Shown in pieces: positions 47,308 through 53,485 of a DNA stretch of 53,485 nucleotides; position 1 is the first letter of the stretch, and every line of letters starts with the position of its first letter. The notes under the pieces are model-generated. The model searched no databases, was not told where the DNA came from, and saw nothing but the letters and a program-made list of their open reading frames with translations. The position numbers and the translations under genes were made by a program. The stretch is from Bacteroidales bacterium (GTDB taxonomy: Bacteria; Bacteroidota; Bacteroidia; Bacteroidales; ML635J-15): positions 1-53,485 of the forward strand of contig DAONZU010000002.1 in the NCBI GenBank assembly GCA_035406965.1. The letters are read 5' to 3'.

Positions 47308-47481
47308 ATGGAAAAAAACATTAAACCTTGTGAATGTGGTTGTAATGAATTTATTACACAGTTAAATCAGTATGATGTTTACCTAATTAATGAAGGTAAA
47401 TTAGAACTTGTAAAAACATTAAATACAAATGAAGACGATAAGCTGTATTGTAGAGAATGCGGTAAGATAATGATATTCTGA
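47308..47481 (+). CDS. Hypothetical 57-aa zinc-ribbon-like protein
   Basis: Start moved to the internal Met (MEKNIKPCECGCNEF...LYCRECGKIMIF). The CxCxC ... CxxC spacing suggests a Cys4 zinc ribbon. Confidence 0.4.
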   Translation: MEKNIKPCECGCNEFITQLNQYDVYLINEGKLELVKTLNTNEDDKLYCRECGKIMIF

Positions 47482-47584
47482 AACCCATCTACAACTTGTT
47501 TATGATGAATTATCCGAAACAAAACGCTCACTTGAGAGTTAAGTTTTTAGATAATAACGCTTATAATGTACAAGATTATGTTTG

Positions 47585-47702
47585 CCGCTCGCTCTAACAC
47601 TACTGATGCTCGCTTTCTACACTCTGGACGCTCGCTCGGATTTGTAATCCGAGTGTATAACAGCCCAACACTCGGATTACAAATCCGAGCGAGCAAGAGC
47701 GG
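47585..47702. repeat. GC-rich composite palindromic element (26-bp perfect inverted repeat, two 8-3-8 sub-hairpins, three phased GCTCGCT boxes)
   Basis: GCTCGCTCGGATTTGTAATCCGAGTG (47630-47655) is the exact reverse complement of 47669-47694, with a 13-nt loop. Each arm also self-folds: CTCGGATT-TGT-AATCCGAG at 47635-47653 and CTCGGATT-ACA-AATCCGAG at 47671-47689. GCTCGCT occurs at 47587, 47608 and 47630 (21-22 nt phasing). The outer pair is CCGCTC (47585-47590) / GAGCGG (47697-47702). Confidence 0.85.
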
Positions 47703-47763
47703 TTTTATATTTGGTTTTTCTTTATAAACTTTTAACTTATAAATGAGGACACCGCATTAAAAC

Positions 47764-47794
47764 AAAAAAGCTGTCATGTTCGACAGCTTTTTTT
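47764..47794. terminator. Bidirectional rho-independent terminator (serves ilvE on the minus strand)
   Basis: AAAAAAGCTGTC-ATGTTC-GACAGCTTTTTTT: an 8-bp stem flanked by an A-run and a T-run. Confidence 0.75.
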
Positions 47795-47812
47795 AAATAC
47801 AACTAAAATGGT

Positions 47813-48835
47813 TTAAATATCTAGAATGGTAACCCATCCAAATGGGTCTTCGATATCTCCATATTGGATTCCTACTAAAGTTTCGTATAATTTTGTAGAA
47901 ACTGGTCCTGCTTTTCCATCTTTGCAGTAAGTGTAGGTTTTATCTTCGTCAAGGTCTTTAATTTCTCCGATTGGTGAAATTACAGCTGCTGTACCGCAAG
48001 CTCCAACTTCTTCGAAGCTACTAAGTTCATCAAAAGCAACAGGTCTTCTTTCAACCTTATAACCAAGATGAGCAGCCAATTGTTCCAAACTTTTGTTTGT
48101 AATAGAAGGTAAAATTGATGTAGATTTTGGTGTAATGTAAGTATTGTTTTTAATAGCAAAAAAGTTTGCTGCACCAATTTCATCAATATATTTCTTTTCT
48201 TTTGCGTCTAAATACATTGGTGAACTATATCCTGCTTTTTGAGCTTTTATTGTTCCTGCTAAACTTGCTGCATAGTTACCACCAACTTTATAAGTTCCTG
48301 TTCCAAGAGGTGCAGCGCGATCCGAATCACGTACAACAGCGATTTTTACAGGTTTAAAGCCTTCTTTAAAGTAAGGTCCTACTGGAGTAACAAAGATAAT
48401 AAAAGTGTACTCATCTGCTGGTTGAACTCCAACTCTTGGTCCTGTTCCAAACAATACAGGACGGATATACAAAGAAGCTCCCGTTCCGTAAGGTGGTACA
48501 AAATCTTTGTTAACTTCAACAACTTTTTTCAACATTTTGAAGTAAAGATCTTCAGGTACTTCTGCCATTTGAATTCCGCGAGCAGAATGTTGCAACCTTT
48601 TTGCATTTTCGTCCCATCTAAAAAGACGAATTTTACCATCTTTTCCACAATATGCTTTCATTCCCTCGAAAGCTGCTTGTCCATAATGCAAAACAGTTGC
48701 TGCCATGTGAATATTAAGATACTCTGAGTCAGTTACTTCCATTTCGCCCCATTTGCCGTTTTTAAAAACTGAACGGACATTATAATGGGTTTTTACATAA
48801 CCAAAAGGTAATTTTGTCCAATTTAAATCTTGCAT
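47813..48835 (-). CDS. ilvE: Branched-chain amino acid aminotransferase
   Basis: 340 aa. HYGQAAFEGMKAY, GTGASLYIRP and GNYAASL motifs are those of class IV aminotransferases. A TAACTTTG -7 box lies on the minus strand at 48858-48865. Confidence 0.85.
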   Translation of the reverse strand: MQDLNWTKLPFGYVKTHYNVRSVFKNGKWGEMEVTDSEYLNIHMAATVLHYGQAAFEGMKAYCGKDGKIRLFRWDENAKRLQHSARGIQMAEVPEDLYFKMLKKVVEVNKDFVPPYGTGASLYIRPVLFGTGPRVGVQPADEYTFIIFVTPVGPYFKEGFKPVKIAVVRDSDRAAPLGTGTYKVGGNYAASLAGTIKAQKAGYSSPMYLDAKEKKYIDEIGAANFFAIKNNTYITPKSTSILPSITNKSLEQLAAHLGYKVERRPVAFDELSSFEEVGACGTAAVISPIGEIKDLDEDKTYTYCKDGKAGPVSTKLYETLVGIQYGDIEDPFGWVTILDI

Positions 48836-48958
48836 ATTATTAAGTTTTTTGTTCGCTCAAAGTTAAATATTAAAATCTAAAATTCCTAAAAAATTATTAT
48901 GTTTTAAAATATATTTGAGAATTTATACCTTCTAATCAAGTAAATAGAAGTCTCATAT

Positions 48959-50410
48959 TTATTTTTTTTGCCATTCAACAAGTTCTAAGAGCATTTTTTT
49001 AATTTCCGTATTATCAATAGCTCCTCCAAATCTTTCTGCTCCTACTCCAACTGCAAACACAGGCACCGCAGCTGCTGTATGTGCCCAAGTTGTAAATCCC
49101 ACACCTGCTTTTGTACAAATAATATTTCCAAAAATTGAAGCAATTGGATTTTCTGCACCATATAATATTATAGGCTCTAAACTTGTTGCTGGTGATTTTT
49201 CGTAAAAATAATAATTAAAAGCTTCTAAAACTCTTGTTGAGTCAGATGCTGTATAAATAGGAGTTTCTGTAAAAAAATACTCATCTGCTAATTTCCAAAT
49301 ATCATCAATAGAATATTTTTGATTATTTTCCTTATAATCTTTTATTTTTTCTGAAAAATTAGTAATAGATATTTTTTGATTATCTAACAACATAAAATTG
49401 CTTTCATAAGCCATTTGTGCATTTCCTAATGACAAGCCACCTGTTTCGTGATCGGCAGTTATAAGAATTAGAGTTTCATCAGGATATTTTTCATAAAACT
49501 CGTAAGCTTCACGAATTGCCAAATCCATATCATAAATTTCTTTTATAATTGTTGCACCATCGTTAGAATGAGCTGCCCAATCAATTTTTCCACCTTCAAC
49601 CATCATAAAAAAGCCATTTGGATTTTCCAAAACTTTTATTCCAGTCTTAACAAATTGAGCTAAGCTGTATCCGTCATCACTTTTTCTATCAATTTTATAT
49701 GGCACATCGCTTTCCAAACCAAGTTTTGGATTGACAAACATATATTTTGTATTTTTTTTATCTAAATTTTCAAAATCTTTTATGTTTGAGCTTACTATAT
49801 AATTATTTGACTTTGCTTTTTCATATAAATCTGGCTGGTTGTTATCGCTTCCTTTTACATGTTTTAATCCTCCTCCACCAAAAAATTCAAACCCAGATTC
49901 TGGAAGCTGACTTCCTATTTCATAATATAAATTACGACTTGTAGATTGTGCATAAAAAGCCGCAGGAGTTGCATGATTTAGTGATACAGTAGTAATTATT
50001 CCAACTTTCATTCTGTTTTCGTGAGCTATTTTAGCAAATGACAAAGGAAGCGAATCCTTTGAAAACCAAGGATAATACGAAATGCTTCCAAAATTAGCTT
50101 TTTCTCCACAAGCAATAGCCGACCCAGCAGCTCCCGAATCTGTAATTACACTATTTTTACTTGTTGTTGTACAAACTCCAAAGTATGGAAAATTTGTAAA
50201 GCTAATATCATCGCCTTTTTCTTTATAAAAATATTTTGCCAAGCTCGCATGATTTATTCCCATACCATCGCCAACAAACAAGAAAATATATTTTGCTTTT
50301 TTATTATTGGCTCCAACATTTTCCTTATTATTCAATGTTTTACACGAAAAACTTAGTAAACTCAACACTAAGACAAGACTAATAACAAATACAAATTTAA
50401 AACTTTTCAT
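48959..50410 (-). CDS. Alkaline phosphatase (PhoA family), secreted/lipoprotein
   Basis: 483 aa. Signal peptide with SFSC, FVGDGMG, the active-site region VITDSGAAGSAIACG, and ITADHETGG. Confidence 0.8.
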   Translation of the reverse strand: MKSFKFVFVISLVLVLSLLSFSCKTLNNKENVGANNKKAKYIFLFVGDGMGINHASLAKYFYKEKGDDISFTNFPYFGVCTTTSKNSVITDSGAAGSAIACGEKANFGSISYYPWFSKDSLPLSFAKIAHENRMKVGIITTVSLNHATPAAFYAQSTSRNLYYEIGSQLPESGFEFFGGGGLKHVKGSDNNQPDLYEKAKSNNYIVSSNIKDFENLDKKNTKYMFVNPKLGLESDVPYKIDRKSDDGYSLAQFVKTGIKVLENPNGFFMMVEGGKIDWAAHSNDGATIIKEIYDMDLAIREAYEFYEKYPDETLILITADHETGGLSLGNAQMAYESNFMLLDNQKISITNFSEKIKDYKENNQKYSIDDIWKLADEYFFTETPIYTASDSTRVLEAFNYYFYEKSPATSLEPIILYGAENPIASIFGNIICTKAGVGFTTWAHTAAAVPVFAVGVGAERFGGAIDNTEIKKMLLELVEWQKK

Positions 50411-50569
50411 TTTTCAATTTTTAAGACTACAATTTTACTTATTTTTTCTTAAAATAAAAAAACAAATTTAATATTACAATGTTGTTAAAAACAAACATTA
50501 TTTTTCAACATATGTTTTTTCAAAATAATTTATTATTTTTGGACTTAATTTTTATGTTTAATAATTCTT

Positions 50570-52036
50570 ATGCAAGAAAATTTATTTTTATACAATTCGC
50601 TTAGTCGTAAAAAAGAAAAATTCATAGCTATAAAGCCTCCATTTGTTGGCATGTATGTATGCGGACCTACTGTTTATGGAGATGCACATTTAGGACATGC
50701 ACGTCCTGCGATTACTTTTGATTTACTTTTTAGATATTTTCAACACATTGGTTACAAAGTACGATATGTACGCAATATTACCGATGTTGGACATTTGGAA
50801 AATGATGCCGACCAAGGCGAAGATAAAATTGGTAAAAAAGCTAAATTAGAACAAGTTGAGCCTATGGAAATTGCTCAATTTTATAGCGACAGATACCATA
50901 GAGATATGGACAAGCTAAATGTTTTGAGACCGAGTATAGAACCACGCGCTTCTGGACATATAATTGAACAAATTGAACTTACTCAAAAAATTTTAGATGC
51001 TGGATATGCATATGTTAGCAATGGTTCTGTTTATTTTGATGTTGAAAAATACAATCAAAAATATAATTACGGCAAACTTTCGGGCAGAGTTTTAGAAGAC
51101 TTATACTCAAATACTCGCCAATTAGACGGACAAGATGAAAAACGCAATAGTTTTGACTTTGCTTTGTGGAAAAATGCTAGTCCCGAACATATTATGCGTT
51201 GGAATTCACCATGGGGACAAGGTTTTCCGGGCTGGCATGCAGAATGTTCGGCAATGGGACATAAATATTTAGGCGAAAAATTTGATATACATGGTGGAGG
51301 AATGGACTTGCTTTTCCCTCATCACGAATGTGAAATTGCTCAAAATACAATAGCTACCGGCGAAAACTCCATTAATTATTGGATTCATAATAATATGATT
51401 ACAATAAATGGTCAAAAAATGGGAAAATCCTTAGGCAATTTTATTACTTTAGATGAACTTTTTACTGGTGCAAACAAAGTTTTAGAAAAAGCCTACTCAC
51501 CAATGACAATCAGATTTTTCATTTTGCAAGCACACTATAGAAGCACTTTGGATTTTTCAAACGAAGCTTTACAAGCTGCAGAAAAAGGATATGCAAGATT
51601 ACTAAAAGGTGTAGAAACACTACAAAGTTTAAAACCAAGTAAAGAAAATAATTTTAACGCAGAAAAATTCCGCCAAGATTGCTATGATGCAATGAATGAT
51701 GATTTAAACTCGCCTATTTTAATTTCTAATTTATTTGAAGGATTAAAAACTATCAATTCAGTTGCTACAGGTAGCGAAAAAATTGATGAAAATAATTTAA
51801 ATATCTTAAAAGAAACTTATAACACATTTTTATTCAACATCTTAGGATTAAAATTAGAAAATGAAGATGCTGGCAATAACGAAATGTTAGAAGATGTTGT
51901 AAACATGGTTTTAAACCTAAGACTCTCAGCAAAAGAGAAAAAAGATTGGGCTACTTCCGACTATATTCGCGATGAACTTACTAAAATTGGAATAAAGGTA
52001 AAAGATACAAAAGATGGGTTTGAATGGGAAATTTAG
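50570..52036 (+). CDS. cysS: Cysteine--tRNA ligase
   Basis: 488 aa. [17 protein letters not shown] (HIGH), the zinc-site region GWHAECS, and KMGKSLGN (KMSKS). A TATTTTTG -7 box lies at 50534-50541. Confidence 0.95.
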   Translation: MQENLFLYNSLSRKKEKFIAIKPPFVGMYVCGPTVYGDAHLGHARPAITFDLLFRYFQHIGYKVRYVRNITDVGHLENDADQGEDKIGKKAKLEQVEPMEIAQFYSDRYHRDMDKLNVLRPSIEPRASGHIIEQIELTQKILDAGYAYVSNGSVYFDVEKYNQKYNYGKLSGRVLEDLYSNTRQLDGQDEKRNSFDFALWKNASPEHIMRWNSPWGQGFPGWHAECSAMGHKYLGEKFDIHGGGMDLLFPHHECEIAQNTIATGENSINYWIHNNMITINGQKMGKSLGNFITLDELFTGANKVLEKAYSPMTIRFFILQAHYRSTLDFSNEALQAAEKGYARLLKGVETLQSLKPSKENNFNAEKFRQDCYDAMNDDLNSPILISNLFEGLKTINSVATGSEKIDENNLNILKETYNTFLFNILGLKLENEDAGNNEMLEDVVNMVLNLRLSAKEKKDWATSDYIRDELTKIGIKVKDTKDGFEWEI

Positions 52037-52104
52037 CTAATAATATCTAAAAATATTTTGATTTTAAAATAAATTTTATCATTTTTGAAAACTAAATAAA
52101 TAAC

Positions 52105-52440
52105 ATGTCAACCGAAAACAAAAAACCCGATAAATTATTCTACTCCATTGGCGAGGTCGCAGAAATGTTTAATGTTAAAACATCTTTAATAAGATATTGG
52201 GAAGGCGAATTTGACATTATAAAACCTCAAAAAAACAAAAAAGGAAATAGATTATTTACAGCAAAAGATATTGATAATTTTCATTTAATTTGGCACTTAG
52301 TCAAAGAAAGAGGCATGACACTTAAAGGTGCTAAAAAGAAACTTAAAGAAAATCTTGCTGAAACAGAACATAATTTTGAGGCAGTAAAAAAACTTAATGA
52401 AATTAAAGACTTATTACTCGCTATAAAAAATGAATTATAA
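52105..52440 (+). CDS. MerR-family HTH transcriptional regulator (short)
   Basis: 111 aa. FYSIGEVAEMFNVKTSLIRYWEGEF is a MerR-type HTH. Confidence 0.7.
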   Translation: MSTENKKPDKLFYSIGEVAEMFNVKTSLIRYWEGEFDIIKPQKNKKGNRLFTAKDIDNFHLIWHLVKERGMTLKGAKKKLKENLAETEHNFEAVKKLNEIKDLLLAIKNEL

Positions 52441-52446
52441 TTTTTA

Positions 52447-53485
52447 ATGAAGATAAAAGACATTATTAATAGTTTTGAAGAATTTGCTCCACTATCTTTA
52501 CAAGAAGAATACGACAACTCTGGTTTACAAGTTGGAAATTTAGAAAACGAAATTTCAGGAATTTTAATAAGTCTTGATGTAACTATAGAAGTTGTTAAAG
52601 AAGCAATTGACAATAACTGCAATTTTATCATAGCTCACCACCCACTCATTTTCAATAAGTTAAAGAAAATCACAGGAAGTGATTATATAGAAAAATCAAT
52701 TATCTTAGCGATAAAAAACGACATTTCAATTTATTGTACTCACACAAATTTTGATAAAGTGAATCAAGGTGTTAGTTATAAAATTTGTGAAAAAATTGGC
52801 TTGAAAAATTTAAAAATCCTTTCGCCTGAAAAAAATATTTTAGAAAAAATTGCAGTTTTCGTTCCACTTTCTCATGCTGATATTGTAAGAAACTCAATGT
52901 TTGAAGCAGGTGCTGGACATATTGGCAACTATGATAATTGCAGTTACAATTTACAAGGCGAAGGTAGTTTTAGAGCAAAAGATAATTCAAATCCCTTTGT
53001 TGGTAAAATTGGCGAAATTCATTTTGAAAAAGAAGTACGAATAGAAAGCATTTATCCAAAATATCTTAGAAATAAAATATTACAAGCAATTTTCAGAACA
53101 CATCCTTACGAAGAAGTTGCTTACGACATATACAAATTAGAAAATCCACATAATAATGTAGGTTTGGGAATGACTGGCGAGTTGGAACAAGAAATTTCTG
53201 AAACAGATTTTTTAAAACTTTTAAAAGAAAAATTTAATAGCAAAGTAATAAGACATAGCGAATTTTTAAACAAAAAAATAAAAAAAGTAGCCGTTTGCGG
53301 TGGCAGTGGTGCTTTTTTAATTAACGCTGCAAAAAGCAGTAAAGCCGATGTTTTTGTAAGTGGCGATATTAAATTTCACGATTATTTTTTAGCAGAAAAA
53401 CAAATATTAATAGCCGATATTGGACATTTCGAAAGTGAACAATTCACAAAAGAAATTTTTTATGATATTATTATGAAAAAAAATC
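52447..53485 (+). CDS. Nif3-like dinuclear metal centre protein (YbgI/GTP cyclohydrolase I type 2 family), 3' end cut by window edge
   Basis: Absent from the ORF track because there is no stop in the window. My own translation: MKIKDIINSFEEFAPLSLQEEYDNSGLQVGN...FIIAHHPLIF...YCTHTNFD...SGDIKFHDYF...IADIGHFESEQ. Includes the PII-like middle insert seen in long Nif3 proteins. Confidence 0.8.
   Translation, partial: MKIKDIINSFEEFAPLSLQEEYDNSGLQVGNLENEISGILISLDVTIEVVKEAIDNNCNFIIAHHPLIFNKLKKITGSDYIEKSIILAIKNDISIYCTHTNFDKVNQGVSYKICEKIGLKNLKILSPEKNILEKIAVFVPLSHADIVRNSMFEAGAGHIGNYDNCSYNLQGEGSFRAKDNSNPFVGKIGEIHFEKEVRIESIYPKYLRNKILQAIFRTHPYEEVAYDIYKLENPHNNVGLGMTGELEQEISETDFLKLLKEKFNSKVIRHSEFLNKKIKKVAVCGGSGAFLINAAKSSKADVFVSGDIKFHDYFLAEKQILIADIGHFESEQFTKEIFYDIIMKKN

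Noticed and set aside
47587-47655. Mini-CRISPR or retron msd interpretation of the GCTCGCT repeats and long hairpin
   Set aside because: Repeat periodicity is only 21-22 nt including any spacer, there are just three units, and no cas gene is present. No reverse transcriptase gene occurs anywhere in the window, so a retron call is unsupported.
52281-52631. 116-aa minus-strand ORF
   Set aside because: It is antisense to the MerR-family gene and to the start of the Nif3-like gene, both of which have clear family motifs.

Overview
The window is an AT-rich Bacteroidota-type chromosomal segment. Supporting signs are T9SS markers (PorQ plus three proteins with Por_Secre_tail-like C-termini), several TAnnTTTG -7 promoter boxes, and the conserved sigma54-EBP / LptE / SecG neighbourhood. 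All calls come from reading the sequence and the ORF track; no homology search was possible.

I call about 47 protein genes, almost all housekeeping:
- Cell envelope: O-antigen-ligase-like protein, two Wzz-like proteins, gmhA, mpl, lptE, and SPOR and LEA2 lipoproteins.
- Glycogen cluster: GH57, GT4, debranching enzyme.
- Amino-acid and cofactor metabolism: L-serine dehydratase, lysC, metK, ilvE, cysS, hemW.
- Proteases: two ~940-aa M16 peptidases and one M23 peptidase.
- Cell division and RNA turnover: zapA, rny.
- Regulators: ECF sigma/anti-sigma pair, two sigma54 enhancer-binding proteins, YebC, MerR.
- RNA genes: tRNA-Glu(UUC) and tRNA-Ala(GGC).

I see no CRISPR array, transposase, integrase, phage gene or recognisable defence gene, so I cannot point to a protein-coded novel system.

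The unusual signals are mostly non-coding:
1. A 491-bp ORF-less insert with terminal inverted repeats, flanked by a perfect 59-bp direct repeat (4861-5469).
2. Two GC-rich, heavily self-complementary islands in AT-rich spacers. One (47585-47702) has 26-bp perfect palindrome arms and a phased GCTCGCT triplet. The other (38707-38880) is about 170 nt of nested structure.
3. A ~200-nt rod-shaped 6S-RNA-like element directly downstream of zapA.
4. An H-type pseudoknot with a mutually exclusive alternative helix in the metK leader, a SAM-II/V-like candidate.
5. A hairpin/pseudoknot plus a partial duplication next to tRNA-Glu.

Two protein-level oddities also stand out. Adjacent sigma54 activators have complementary missing domains. 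The L-serine dehydratase is a beta-alpha fusion carrying an unexplained ~230-aa N-terminal extension.
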